A stretch of DNA of 64,000 nt from Octopus sinensis (lineage: Eukaryota): assembly GCF_006345805.1 (NCBI RefSeq), contig NC_042997.1:120590001-120654000 (forward strand). Reading direction: 5' to 3'. Each line of letters begins with the position of its first letter. Position 1 is the stretch's first letter. This document shows, one piece after another, positions 24,493 to 37,991 of the stretch. The notes beneath the pieces were generated by a model, which was given only the letters and a program-made list of their open reading frames with translations, was not told where the DNA came from and did not search any database. The translations under genes were made by a program, and so were the position numbers.

Positions 24493-25084
24493 CCACGACA
24501 AGTCATCGATATTGAAATATATTTCCATACATGGCCTGCATATGTCCTGTGAGTACTTTCTACATGATAGTTGACAGTGTATGTGGTGGGCTGCAATGCA
24601 TATATTCATCGCCAATAGTTTTCTGCTATAAACACAAAGTTGGCACATGTAGTATTAGTCATGTTATGTCAATTTAATCTGCTCTTAGTTTATACGTGGT
24701 TAATCATGATTAAATATATCAAAGTAAAAGTTATTTACGTTTTCAATTGAATCAAATACCAAAACGAATTCCACTAGATTAGGCGAATGCCTACAGTTAT
24801 TTCCAATATTCTAATATTTCGATACAATACAGATAAATAAAAGTTATAGCTTGTTGGCAATCAACATTATGACAAATACTGCGGCTACTATTACCTCACG
24901 GAACACTTGTCATGTAATAATATACTTCTGTATTTATGAATCGTGAGTGCAGTTGATCTCACGAGATTGTTAAAGACATAATCAATATAAATGAGCTATT
25001 GTTTTAAATTTCAGTACTTTAAAGAGACATCAATCCAGTTAAGAGTTCGTATAAAACTAACTTAAACACAAATATAATCATTAT

Positions 25085-25227
25085 TTACATTATTTACATT
25101 TGCCGGATATTTGTCCTCATCTTCTCTGTTGTTAACACAACTTTCGGTCGATATACCCTCCAGGCCACATCGGGTGTCTTGGGGAAATACTGAATCTGGG
25201 TTCTCATTCCTAAGGTATTTGTCGATG

Positions 25228-25230
<3 letters not shown>
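25085..25230 (-). mobile_element. HHR-containing SINE body (degenerate copy)
   Basis: cttaggaatgagaaccc...gacacCCGATGTggcctggagggtatatcgaccGAAAgttgtgtt (motif at 25134-25178), homologous to the copies at 16046 and 29025. Confidence 0.7.
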
Positions 25231-25259
<29 letters not shown>

Positions 25260-26650
25260 CTATGTTTGACTTTCGCTTTATGTCTGTACAAGTTGGCTCC
25301 AAGTCTCACCCAGAGACCTCAAGAGACAACAGGCTGGAAGTTCACGTTGTTGTTATGCCTAGTGTGCCATATGTTTGGGGTTTTTTTTTTGGTGTTGTAC
25401 TAGTGAATGTCTAATACATAATTAAAAAAAAAAAAGTTCGTTTTATACCTTGGGATTACATACAGAGTATTTTGCGTAGGATATGAGCAGTTCCCATGAG
25501 CACTATCTTTTGAATTTCTGCCATTTTGGGGTTTTCTGGTATCTGAGTTAGGTGGCAATCAGCCCCTTTCGCTAACATTCCCAGGGCACCTATGACAACA
25601 GGTATTGTTTTAGTCTTCAGGTTCCACATTTTGCTGAAATCTATCTCAAGATTTTTATATTTGCTCAGTTTTGGTAGGTCTTGGGGTTTTTGTAGGTTTG
25701 GTAGTCTTGTGAACCTTAAGGTTTTACAAATATTCAATGTCAGATCTAAATAGTTTAATTTGTTGTTGCAGACGCTCTTGCCAAGAAGGCTTTTTGTGGG
25801 AAGGTTGCCGTTTTCTAATCTTTACACCACATAGGATCGTTGAGATTTTAGCGGATGCATAGTATAGGTGGTTGAGATTTGTGATATCAACATCATTAGC
25901 TGAAATTATATCCTTAAGTGCAAGCCGGATTTTACCAATTATTTTCATGTTTTGGTTAGAGTTACGGATTTTAGGGAGTGTATCCCGTTCATCCATGCTG
26001 AATTCTTTAATTTTCAGCCATTCAATCATGATTTGATATTTTAGCTCATGTAGTTCTGTTGGGTCAATATTTGTGTGACTTTCTTTATCTATTTGATGTT
26101 CATCTCTCTTAGTGTTTATGATTGGTTCAGGGAATATTTCACGTTGCCTATCACTTATACTAACTCTTCCAATCCTTACTTCGTTTTTGTCAGCCCTGGG
26201 CTGGTCTATAATTATTTCCTCTGTATTATCTTCTCTAGCTGCAGCTTCGTTCATTTTATCCGATACTGCTTGTCTAACTTGATCAATCTCTACTTCAGTC
26301 AGTAATTTCTTTTTTATAATGTTTCTTCTGACGTTGGCAAGTTTGTTACTGTCTATGTAGGGTCTTACTTCAGGGTGTTTCTGTCTCCAGTTTAAGTATG
26401 TTTGTACAGTGTTAGATTATTCTGTGGGGAAATATATGGCATGGTACTTCTTTATTATCTTCCCTAGACCATTTTTCCTTCTTTTTCTTTTGATTATTTG
26501 GTGACGAGCATGGATGGCCATCTGTTGGAATATTCAGGTTGTGGGGTACGTCCAGCTCCTGTATGTTGGGACGATTTGATCCAGTAGCTGATTTTTCAAT
26601 CAGAATTTGGTTCAATTTTCGGGTACATGGTCTTTTCCCTTCCTCTTTTA
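25260..26650 (-). mobile_element. Internally deleted R4/Dong-like RLE non-LTR element (N-terminus joined to the RLE C-terminus)
   Basis: N-terminal KWSREDNKEV...KLANVRRNII. C-terminal WNLKTKTIPVVIGALG...EIQKIVLMGTAHILRKIL. The RT is missing (junction about 25735). The 3' end abuts (AAT)n. Confidence 0.8.
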
Positions 26651-26759
26651 AACCTATAAAAGGCTCACTCTGCCTGTATTAGTTCGAAATAATGAGAATA
26701 AAATACGGAGAAAGAAAAGAAAAATAAAGGATCTGTCAGTTATTATTGTTATTACTATC

Positions 26760-26865
26760 ACCTTCACCACCATCACCATCATCATCATCATCAACATCAC
26801 CATCACCATCATCATCATCAATGACATTGTTTTATGTGTAGTCACAGCCACCATCATCACCACTA
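26760..26865. repeat. (CAT/CAC)n microsatellite
   Basis: Direct reading. Confidence 0.9.
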
Positions 26866-27499
26866 TGCCATTGTGTGGGGGGATGGATGGTTAAAGAAGT
26901 CATGTTCTATGGGTCTATAAATAGATTCAGCAGATGGTGAAGACAAAGGACATTAATGGTCAGTAAAAGGTCAAACCTGTTTATATTTATTTTTTTCCTT
27001 TCTCTTTTCTTCCTTTCCACATACATGTGTATATGTATATGCATACTCACACACACACATATTATCTCATGTTTACGTCGATGATTCTTAAAAAAAATTC
27101 TGAATTCAATGTTATGTATATATTTTTTTAATTTCTGAATTCAGTTGTATGTATATATTAGCAGGTGCTTACATCCATAATTTTTCATCGTGCATTTAAT
27201 TGTGTTGTTACAATAAAAGGCAATTTTACACATTCTTATAGTCATGAGGGACGACTAAATGTTCACACAAAATTGGAGATATTTATGTTTCTAATTTTTC
27301 TTGTTAGGTGTACGTTTGTATGAGCTGTAGATATGTAAGTTCCTTAACTTATTTTGAGGGAAATTCAAATTACTCACAGAAAACAGTAGATCTTCCTGTT
27401 TTCTACAGTTGTTTTTTTCAGTTGTCCTGCTGGGTTAGCTGTTGCCAGTTCAGAGCATCGGAAACATACGTCCATCCTCTATCACGTCCAGCCACAGGT

Positions 27500-27620
27500 C
27501 TTATTATTATTATAATTATTATTGCTATTATTATTATGATTTTTATTATTGTTGTTGTTGTTATTGTTGTTATTATTATTATTATTATAGTTGTTGTTAT
27601 TATTATTATTATTATAGTTG

Positions 27621-27665
<45 letters not shown>

Positions 27666-27710
27666 TAACTGTCTGTAATCGAACCCGGAATCTTGGGTTT
27701 AAGATCCGTA

Positions 27711-27770
<60 letters not shown>

Positions 27771-27783
27771 TTAATAATAATAA

Positions 27784-27845
<62 letters not shown>
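27500..27845. repeat. (ATT)n and (AAT)n tracts around an inverted SINE-head fragment (27661-27700)
   Basis: Minus strand reads cccaagattccgggttcgatt...cagttacctgaataataat, matching the 16200-16265 head. Confidence 0.8.
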
Positions 27846-27847
<2 letters not shown>

Positions 27848-28225
27848 AACGGACATAGACTTAATTGAGAAAGAAACAAACTATGCTGGATCATAGACAT
27901 AGCATGCCGAGCTGACAAGTTATGCGATAAGGAAAAGAAAGTTCCATAGATACGACAGGTTAGATTGGGAAGTTAAGCAGTTGTGATCGATGATAAGGGT
28001 ACCAATAATTGTTGGGGCCCTAGGATAACAGTGAGCAGAAATCCCTAGAAGTACGTGGAACAAATCGGGGCTGCAATAAGAGTGGAGCACTGGCAGAAAA
28101 CAGCACTGTTTGGGACCACTCTAATACTCCGATAGGTGCTCGAAAAATAACGGGTGTTACCTTAGTTCACTGGTAGCGAACAGCTGACACTGTAGTACAT
28201 CTCCAGCCTTAGAAGCTGTGCAAAG
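27846..28225 (+). mobile_element. 3' fragment of an RLE LINE (R4/Dong/NeSL group), copy 1
   Basis: Degenerate translation: PD-type motif ..IDIAC.AD....KEK....Y...VPIIVGALG...QKTALFGTTLILR.VLEK*. Flanked by (AAT)n. Confidence 0.8.
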
Positions 28226-28266
28226 ATAACAATAACAACAACGACAACAACAACAACAACAACAAC

Positions 28267-28297
<31 letters not shown>

Positions 28298-28305
28298 TAA
28301 TAATA

Positions 28306-28349
<44 letters not shown>

Positions 28350-28382
28350 TAATAATATAATAATATAATAATAATAATAATG

Positions 28383-28427
<45 letters not shown>

Positions 28428-28440
28428 TAATAATAATAAT

Positions 28441-28822
28441 GAAACGGACATAGACTTAATTGAGAAAGAAAACAAACTATGCTGGATCATAGACATAGCA
28501 TGCCGAGCTGACAAGTTATGCGATAAGGAAAAAGAAAGTTCCATAGATACGACAGGTTAGATTGGGAAGTTAAGCAGTTGTGATCGATGATAAGGGTACC
28601 AATAATTGTTGGGGCCCTAGGATAACAGTGAGCAGAAATCCCCAGAAGTACGTGGAACAAATCGGGGCTGCAATAAGAGTGGAGCACTGGCAGAAAACAG
28701 CACTGTTTGGGACCACTCTAATACTCCGATAGGTGCTCGAAAAATAACGGGTGTTACCTTAGTTCACTGGTAGCGAACAGCTGACACTGTAGTACATCTC
28801 CAGCCTTAGAAGCTGTGCAAAG
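28441..28822 (+). mobile_element. 3' fragment of an RLE LINE, copy 2 (near-identical tandem duplicate, period 595 bp)
   Basis: Sequence almost identical to 27846-28225. Confidence 0.8.
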
Positions 28823-28863
28823 ATAACAATAACAACAACGACAACAACAACAACAACAACAAC

Positions 28864-28913
<50 letters not shown>

Positions 28914-28933
28914 TAACGATAATAATAATAATA

Positions 28934-28974
<41 letters not shown>

Positions 28975-28977
<3 letters not shown>

Positions 28978-29165
28978 TTGACAAATACTTTAGGAATGAG
29001 AAGCCAGGTTTAAAATTTCCCCAAGACATCTCATGAAGGCTGGAAGGTATATCAGCTGAAACGTTGTGTTAAGAACAAACAGGAGGAGGACAAATATCCG
29101 TCAAATGTAAATAATGTAAATAATGTTAATAATGTACATAACTCCTCATCTAAATATAGATGTGT
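28975..29165 (+). mobile_element. HHR-containing SINE body
   Basis: GACAT-CTCATGA-a-GGCTG gaaggtatat CAGCT-GAA-ACGT-T-GTGTT at 29025-29070; G5 is mutated to C. Confidence 0.75.
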
Positions 29166-29619
29166 ATTGACAAATATTATGTTGCCATTGAAACTTCCCG
29201 CAAAATATATTGTTTTCAACGTTTCCTCATATAAGTGCTATTGAATCAATGATATATTTTTCAAATTATAAATTAAATACATAATTACTGTTGTACATTT
29301 AGAGTAGCAGTTAGCTGTTTGTAGCATGACATAGTTATGTTTAATACGATTAAATCAAGCTTTTAGGATACTTGTTTTTCTTTCAGTGCACCCAGTATTA
29401 TTCAACACGGTTTTTTACACATATAGCTTTTAAATTCGTTTCCTCCATTTGCACATAACAAAGACAATCCGAAAAATTTTTCATTAAATTTTAAAAGTAG
29501 ATATATTCCTTACTTCACTTTCCCAAAAGATGGCTTTTTCCAGGAGCGCTATTGCAGGAAATATTCACGTCACACTTGACAACGTTGGCCAAATAGTTCG
29601 TTAGGTTTTCTTCAGCGAA

Positions 29620-29975
29620 AATGAAACAAGTTTTAAACACAAATTGATGTATTCAATCAGTGATATAATTCCTGTTTCTTTCTGGTATCTGCTGCCACCT
29701 TGAAGGAAGATCCATTATTCACTGCTCAAAGAATTTCCTGCTTTTAGTGGTGAAAAACTCTTCTAGACGAATTTTACATCTTCTCCAAAGTTGAGAAAAA
29801 CCATTAAATAAATTTCCAAGAGACTGAAACAGTCAGAAATCTGAAGGTGCAAGTTCAAGCTAATATGGAGTGAGTGGCAAAACTTTCCACTCAACCATAA
29901 TAATACTATCCTCTTGATACACCGTGTACACGTCCTGCACATTTCATTCACTTTCTAGACTTTTCTAAAAGTAAA
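29620..29975 (-). mobile_element. mariner transposase C-terminal relic
   Basis: Frameshifted remnants of HPPYSPDLAPSD.LF.SL...MDLP.RWQ...NG.YII. Confidence 0.65.
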
Positions 29976-29994
29976 AATCCTGAGGTGTCGATGA

Positions 29995-30935
29995 TACGAG
30001 GAGCGAGTACCCAAAAGGAAACGGAATTTACATGGTTACATGTTAACAGTTATACCGCGTTCAAAGTATTCTCCATTTGAAACAAAAGATCGATCTAGAC
30101 GCGTTTTCCACTCATCGAAGGAGTGCTGGAACTCTTCTGAAGTGATGTCTTTTAATGCCTCCGTTTTTTTTTCCTTCATCTCTTCCACATCTGCAAAACG
30201 CTTTGTTTTAAAGAACTATTTCCCTTCGGAGAACAAAAAATGTGGCAGGGATCAAAACTGGGTTAATAAGGTGGGTGAGTAAGCGGTGTCGTGGAAGGTT
30301 GTGTGTGCAGACAGGCTGTCGTGATGAAACCACCACTTTGCCATTGGTCAGGAGAGTTTTCATCTCGTTGTGTCTCAGAAATGCTTCAGAACCAACAAGT
30401 AAAATGTCTGGCTAACAATTTGGCCAGAAGGAAAATGATATGTGTGATGAATACCATTCGAAAGTATGAAACAAATCAAGTAACTATAGCCTTAATTTCC
30501 TCACCAGTGACGACCTCCGGATGAAGGCCCGGTTCTTTCAATGGACATTCATTTGATCATCTTCTGTGAGCAAGCGAAGCACAAATTTTGCTGCAACTCT
30601 TTTCGTTCACAATTTTTCCCTCAAACTTCGTTGGCAGGAACTCGAAGACACACCAGTCATATCAATCGGTTCGTCAATTTTCAGCGACGGTCATGATGTT
30701 TTCATGCGTTCAGGTGGTCAATGGTCCCCTTGAACCAGGTTGGTATACAAGTGACAAGTCACCATTCATAAAGAGTGAAAAACACTCATAAGCTTGTGCG
30801 TTGCTTATGGCAGTGTCCTTGTAAGATGTTTGAGGCATGACAACTGCTTTGGCCGCCGTTTTCCTCAGCGGAAAAACAGAATTTCTCGGAGAAGAACAAC
30901 ACTATGACGCAAATTACGCAGAAATTTGGAAACAA
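29995..30935 (-). mobile_element. Degenerate mariner element
   Basis: N-terminal KFCF remnant near 30880. C-terminal TEALKDITSEEFQHSFDEWKTRLDRSFVSNGEYFE. Confidence 0.75.
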
Positions 30936-30983
30936 CACACACACATACACACACACACACCACACACACACACACACACACAC

Positions 30984-31016
<33 letters not shown>

Positions 31017-32649
31017 GCAGATTTAACTAGCTTCACGTTTATTGATTTTCAAATGTGTACGTAATGCGGAACTAGGTGCTATGTTGTAAACTATAACTTT
31101 GCAGGTCGTTCCTTTGGAAATCTAATTGTTTTGTTAAAGAGAAAATGTACCTGAAGTGACTAGCAATTAACGTAGATATTGATATTTGATGTGGTTATAG
31201 CGCGAGAAAGTCATGTCAGAGCCTTCGAATAGGTTTGTCGTATGACAGTCAACGCAATAGCTATGATAGGCGAAATCCGCGCCCGAATTTAGGGCTGTTT
31301 TGTATTTTTGTTGTGTCCAGTCGGTGTGATAGAAACTAGTATGCTACTTAGCAAAGGTGTGAGACCATTTTTTCGTTACATATATTGTTTTAGGAAACGA
31401 TTCAATCTTTCTTACCAAAATGAGATTAAAAACCGGTATTTCTTACCAAAAGAGATTAAAAACCGGTATTACTTTTAAACTTTTAGGTTTTCAAAGATAT
31501 TAAAGTGAAATTGAATCTGTAGTACAAATAAGAGAATGAAAAGTAATTATTTCGTTCCTAAATCTTCTGAGCATCAACTTGAATAGAAATAGAGGAGAAG
31601 GTGACAAAGAAAGAAAGGAGTGTCATTGTGAGTGGACATGTTGGTGTATAGGAGTGAGCCTGTGCACGAGTGTGTGTGAGTGCTTGTACTTGCGCATGTG
31701 TTAGATTTAACAAACTGACAAACGCCACGACATACGCACACACATAAGGATACAGAGGACTTAGTGAAAATCTGTGAAAATGAAAGGAAGGTAAGAAAAA
31801 TTTGCTATACCCAAAATGAAAGTACAATTAATGGACTTGGAACAAATGCATGAATTACTTTCATGAGCAGGGATTTTTTTTATATAAACAGGAATATCAT
31901 TCTCAGTGAATGGCGAATCGTATATTATTGACAGCTTTAATCCTGTCCAGACTGTGAGTGTATGTTTTTGATAAACGAATGTTTTTTATTCATTAGTGTT
32001 TGGTGTGTGGTATAGTCTGTGCATGGATAAAATGAGAAATGTAGGAATTGCAGATATTAATTGTGCACATGTCCAAATGTCCATTGATTGGGATATGTCT
32101 GGTTCTGGAATCGCGTATTTGTTGTTGATGACTATGTAGATTACTAACGAACGAATGATTAATTAACAAACATTCGGAGATTACTATGAGATGTATCCAA
32201 ACTAACAAGATGTACGGAAAAATATCAAACAGAGAAAAATATATAATAGAAATATCTTTTATCAATATCGGAAAACTTCATGATTTATTAGTTTATTACT
32301 TGCGAGAAAAACACATCCAGGCACAGAAATAATTTTATCTCCCTAAAAACATATGTGTATGTTCGTATGGGTATGAGAAGATGATAAAGGTTTTTATTCG
32401 CAGTCCGCAAGTAAATCACTTGTGGAGAAAAAAATGTTGATACTGGGAGAAGAAAAACCCTGAGAGAAGAACATTTTGCGCAGGAGATACAGAGTTGCGA
32501 ACCACCCTAACGACTTAAGGGAAGGCACTAGTTATGGATTGCTATATAATTCTGGAGAAACAAAGTTATGTTATCTTCCATTTATTTATTTGATTTATTT
32601 TCGCTGTATATTTTCTTCTCGATTCATCCCGGGTAATTTTTGGTTAATC

Positions 32650-32960
32650 CATGGGTATTGAGATGGAGAATCGGCTACAGCGTGCAGGGCATATCATCCA
32701 GACTTTACTGAGACCAGATGTCTTACTAGTCATTCTAGCGTTAACTTAAGAGAGAAAGGGGACCAAGTATGAGGAATTATTAGATTACCGCAAGAATGGA
32801 TTGAGAGCAAGTTTTTTGTCAGTGGAGATTGGCAGTCGGGAGGTTGTGGCTCAAATGACACATTTAGGACTATGGATATTTTATGAGCTTGCAGAAAAAG
32901 AATCATCGGGAATAATGGAAGAAGCATCTGGATGTATCTCTAATTGAATAAATCAGTTGA
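32650..32960 (+). mobile_element. RLE endonuclease C-terminal relic (NeSL/R2-group LINE)
   Basis: IIQTLLRPDVLLV...ERKGTKYEELLD...SVEIGSRE...EEASGCISNW resembles RPD...ERK..KY.EL...VEVG.RG...AS.WIW. Confidence 0.65.
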
Positions 32961-33179
32961 CCCAATCAAAATCAGCCAATTTCAGGCTGCTTGTTTGATG
33001 GTAAATGTTGCAGGACACGAAACAGCTAATGACCGCACTATACACCACTGAGAATAATGTATCCGAGCAATGCAGCTGCAGATATATGTACAGCATTATA
33101 AATACATGCATACACACACATATATTTGTATATATAGAGAGAGTGAGAGACACACACACACACGCACACACACACACAC

Positions 33180-33247
<68 letters not shown>

Positions 33248-33269
33248 ATGTATGTATGTATCACCGCGA

Positions 33270-33570
33270 TCATCTTGACCGACCAGGCTATCAGATGTTG
33301 CTACACATTGCTGGTCACAATGCCCTTCGTATTGTTTTAGCCTTCAAATGACGCCCCCCCCCCGCTGGGTAAGCGAGCGGGCCAAGAGAAGAAGGACTGA
33401 GAGAAATTTGTGGCGAAAGAGTACAGCAGGGATCGCCACAACCGCCTGCCGGAGCTTCGGGGTGCTTTAGGTGTTTTCGCTCAATAAACACTCACAACGT
33501 CCAGTCTGGGAATGGAAACTACGATCCTACAACCACTAGTCCACTGCCCTAACCACGGGGCCATTGCACC
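33270..33570 (-). mobile_element. tRNA-derived SINE (family C)
   Basis: Head tggccccgtggttagggcagtggac...gtttcgattcccagac-like, with the shared body. Confidence 0.75.
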
Positions 33571-33899
33571 TCCACACACACACACACTAACACACATATA
33601 TATAGCTACACACACAGATATATATACAGAGATATACATACGGACACACACATATATACACACACACACATCTATATATATATACACACACATATATATA
33701 TATACATATAATATGTATTTGACTTGTTTCTCTCTCACTCACTTTCTCGTCCTCTCTCTCTCTTCCAGCCATTCTCTGTGTCTCAATCTTTCTATATATG
33801 TATATGTGTGTGTGTGTATGCGTATGTCAGTGTTTGTCTGTGTGAGAGTGTGTTTGCGCGTTCGTGTGTATGTGCGTGCGTACGTGCATGTGTGTTTGT

Positions 33900-33961
<62 letters not shown>

Positions 33962-35233
33962 TGTGTGTGTGAAACAAAAATCATGAACTGATCACTCAAT
34001 CGGTTTCAATAGAATATTAATCATAATTTTTCAAGGAATATTTCGAGAGATTCTTCAGAACTGCGCCGATCATTTATTTCGTCAAATATTCAACGAAATC
34101 AACGGTAGGCGGAAATAACAAATTCCCATTATAGATACATGTGTGGCTGTATGTTTTTTGCGTATGCTTATGCGTGTGTATGACCATGTCTGTGTGCGTG
34201 AATATATTCGCGCATGTCTATGCTTTACTGTACCTTTGCGTATGTGTTCTTCATATGTCAGAGTACGGTATGTATTTGAATTCTATACGATGCTTTAAGA
34301 TTATAGACGTTTTAAAAAGCCGTGATATGTCATTGTAACTACTAATACTCAATGTATGTTACGTTACTTAACTTCATATACTTTTATATAATATCTGTTA
34401 TTCCTCCTTTTTCTTGTCTCACTCCGCGTCTTTTATTGAACATTAACTTTACACACAATATATTCTTCCTTTTATCTTTGAGATGAAGTATTTCATTGAA
34501 GCGGATGTGATGCGTCTCCCCTTTTATCCCCAATGCTTTCTTCATTTTCCAATCTTTTTGCCTTTTCTGTAACAATACAATATTTTTCTTTGATAATACT
34601 TTATTGAAGCAAAAGTAACGTCCGTCATCTTGGCGACTTCCCTGTCTGACTTCTGACCTCTCTATTATCTTGAAACAGACCTTTTAGATTTCGAACAACG
34701 ATTGATTTCTCTACTTCCTACAGACGCCATTTTATTTTCTATTATCCAGAGATTTCTTTCTCTTTTCACATTCCCGTAGCTCTTTCTAGACATAAACATT
34801 ATTCTGGAAAGTCAATATCATTTTTGTTATATAAAGTTACAATGAATCGCAGAAGAAAAAGCATTTAGTTACAAGGAAGAGCATTGATTAAGAAATACAT
34901 CATTAAATAGAAAAGGAAAAAACATCTGAAACGAAGTGTGTTACAAAATAATTCACAGAGAAGCTAAAGAAGATCTTAATGTTTAATAATAAACAAAGAA
35001 TGGGGAAAAAGCTAACTTTTCCAAAGATTGTCGGTTGAATAACGAATGTGGATTTTGTTCGAAATTAAAATCCTGTTGAAAACATGGATATATAGCTAAA
35101 TTATAAAACAGGTTCTTCATAGATACATTTAATACACTTCATAAATACATTTAATAATGCTTAACACACAACAAAATAATTAAACTTAGGTTCATGACAA
35201 CATTTAAAAACCTATGCACAACCACATGCTCAT

Positions 35234-35277
<44 letters not shown>

Positions 35278-36426
35278 ACAATCTTGTTCTTCATATTAAA
35301 GTGAAGTGTCTTCCACAAGCAAATATAATGTAATTTGGTACTAAAATACAGCAAAATTATACACTGTTCGCGATATAAGCATTGCAGGAATACATTAAAT
35401 TACTGCTGTGTAAGAATCTTGTTGCCCTGGAATTAAGTGATATCAGGAACATTCTTTTTGCGATGTTACGTTGTTGGAAATATATGAGTCGAAATTTATT
35501 ACGGAACGATTGCGTGTACGTGTGCGCACGTGTATGTGCGTGTGTGTGTGTGTTTATGTAGGCGTGTGATTTGATGTGTGTGTATATGGTCAAGATAAAG
35601 AACCAACTGTCTTCCGGCAATGGGTATGATAACATGACCTGATAACACATATAGAGTTTTAATAAAACATATTGCACAGCAGTTTGCTACAGAGATTAAA
35701 GAAATAAATAAAGCTGTCTCTTATGGGATGTAGAATGCAGCATCGCTTCTGAAGATGATGTCCAAATAAAATATTCAATCACACTTCCAGACAAAAGCGC
35801 AGTATATCTAAAATCCTTCTTTTCGCATATCTTTTCTAATCGATATATTACAAAAGGTCCCAAGTCTTTCTCGTATTTGGCATTCTATAGCATCACTATT
35901 TGATCACTCAATCTACAAGACGTTCGATAGCCACAGCAAAATGCCTTTGTGATTAAAATTATTTGATGTAGCTTTCCATGATTTTAACTTTCTCTATGTC
36001 CATTATTTTATTATTTAGTGAATTTGTAGTGAAAGTAGATTCTATAGGACAAACTCGAACATCATACGGCTTCAAAAGAGTAAATTTTAACAAAGTGAGT
36101 TTATTGTACTTCTCAACATCTCCAGAGATCGATTTTTGTGGGCTATGTAGAAATGAGGTTTGCTTTTAAATTATGCTCGCAGCACCGATCACAGATACAG
36201 ATACCAGATATTCAACCGCTCTGTTTAAATGAGCCTATTCTAATGTATATAAAGATAAGTGCCATGTGCGATTCGTCGTCTTGCAAGAAAGTCTATAATA
36301 CAGTTACATTCAATATTGTATGACAGCCCAAAATAAGATTTTCCAACGCGACTAAGCAAGCATATGAATATATTCCTTCTCACACACAGAGGCACACACA
36401 CGGATACATGTATAAATCTGTGTCTG

Positions 36427-36458
<32 letters not shown>

Positions 36459-36626
36459 TGTATGTATGTATGTATGTATGTATGTATGTGCGTGTGTATG
36501 TATGCATATAAAATGAATAGAAATATCTTTTCTGGTGGTTTTTCCACTTTCATAAATAGTTGTTTTTTAAATGCTAATTATTTAGGTGCAAAAATTATCA
36601 GAAAGCCCGTTAATTTTTTTTCAATA

Positions 36627-37939
36627 TATTGGGTCACCCCAAAAATAATGCAATCTTTTTATACATCTTTTATTTCTCAAAATAAAGAAAACCAAAGTGT
36701 TAATCTACAATAGTGTTAATCTACAATATGCATGCCTACAAGGTGGCGAGCTGGCAGAAACGTTAGCACGCCGGGCGAAATGCTTAGCAGTATTTCGTCT
36801 GCCGCTACGTTCTGAGTTCAAATTCCGCCGAGGTCGACTTTGCCTTTCATCCTTTCGCGGTCGATAAATTAAGTGTCAGTTACGCACTGGGGTCGATAAA
36901 ATCGACGTAACCCGTTCGTCTGTCCTTGTTTGTCCTCTCTGTGTTTATCCCCTTGTGGGTAGTAAAGAAATAGGTATTTCGTCTGTCTTCAAGTTCTGGG
37001 TTCAAATTCCGCCAAGGTCGATTTTGCCTTTCATCCTTTCGGTGTCTAAAAATTAAGTACCAGTTGCATACTGGGTTAGATCTAATCGAATTTCCCCCTC
37101 CCCCAAAAATTCGGGCTGTATGCCTAGAGTAGAAATGAATATACACTCCTTCATTTTCTTCAATGTTCTTCTCTCTGTCTGGTAAATCTGCAAGTACCCT
37201 CTTCCAAACTTCACTCCTCTAGTATTGTTCTTACCTCGTCTACAGAATTCATATTTTCCCGTCCAAATGATTTTGAATGCTAGGGAATAAATGATATTCA
37301 TATGGGGCAATGTCGGCAAATAATATGGGTGGGGCATCGTTTTCCATTCAAACAGCTCTAAACTATGGAATGTCATCCTCACTGTAGATGGCCGAGCATT
37401 ATCCTGATGGAAGAAAACCTTTCCTCTTGAAACCAAAGATGGCCGTTTTTCTTGTAACGCAGGTATTGGTGAATGGCTGAATGAACAAATCCAAGCTGCT
37501 CTACTCTATCCACAACAGTAACGATGAGATTTTGTTCCATCAGTGTTTGTAGTACGTCTTCAGATCTTCCAGGACGAGGCTCGTCTCCTAGGCTGCAGTT
37601 ACTGGCTCCGAGTTTCTGGAACCAACGTTGACATTAACTTACGCTTGTTATCTTGTCACTATATACTGCAATAATATTCCGCGTAATTTTCCGCTGCGTT
37701 GTTGCCTTTATTGCACTCATAAAACAAAATATGCTGAATATGCTCCTATGTCACTTCCATGATAGCTTTGAAAATATTACTGTTAAAATCTACCATCAGT
37801 CTTCAAAACAATCACTAAGAATAAATATAAAATAACTACCTGGTTTCAAAGAAGTGCATGCAAGTATTTTACCCGTCCCCCTCCGACATTTTGTTCATGC
37901 AATTGAAAAAAAATGCATTATTTATGGGGTGACCCAATA
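36627..37939 (-). mobile_element. mariner element with TIRs and TA TSD, internally deleted, with a SINE nested inside
   Basis: TIR tattgggtcacccca(a/t)aaataatgc at both ends. HQDNARP...FEWKTMPHPYY motif at 37140-37440. Confidence 0.85.
36741..37140 (+). mobile_element. tRNA-derived SINE (family A) with a tandem partial second unit
   Basis: ggcgagctggcagaaacgttagc...gagttcaaattcc; the B-box and body are repeated from about 36975. Confidence 0.85.
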
Positions 37940-37991
37940 TAGTACTGTACCAAGAACATTCTATTTCTTATTCTCCTATATTTATAAATAC

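Noticed and set aside
27455-27480. GAAACatacGTC half-hammerhead
   Set aside because: No CUGANGA or matching stem I strand upstream.
27308-29029. Poly-I/N/Y/L ORFs, and the YI/HT/CV/YLSI-rich ORFs across the window
   Set aside because: These are translations of AAT, TA, CA and TATC microsatellites.
35700-36350. Stretches of moderately open frames (also at 22270-22900 and 34400-34800)
   Set aside because: They have multiple stops in all frames and no recognisable motif. They are possibly ancient TE or pseudogene remnants but cannot be supported.
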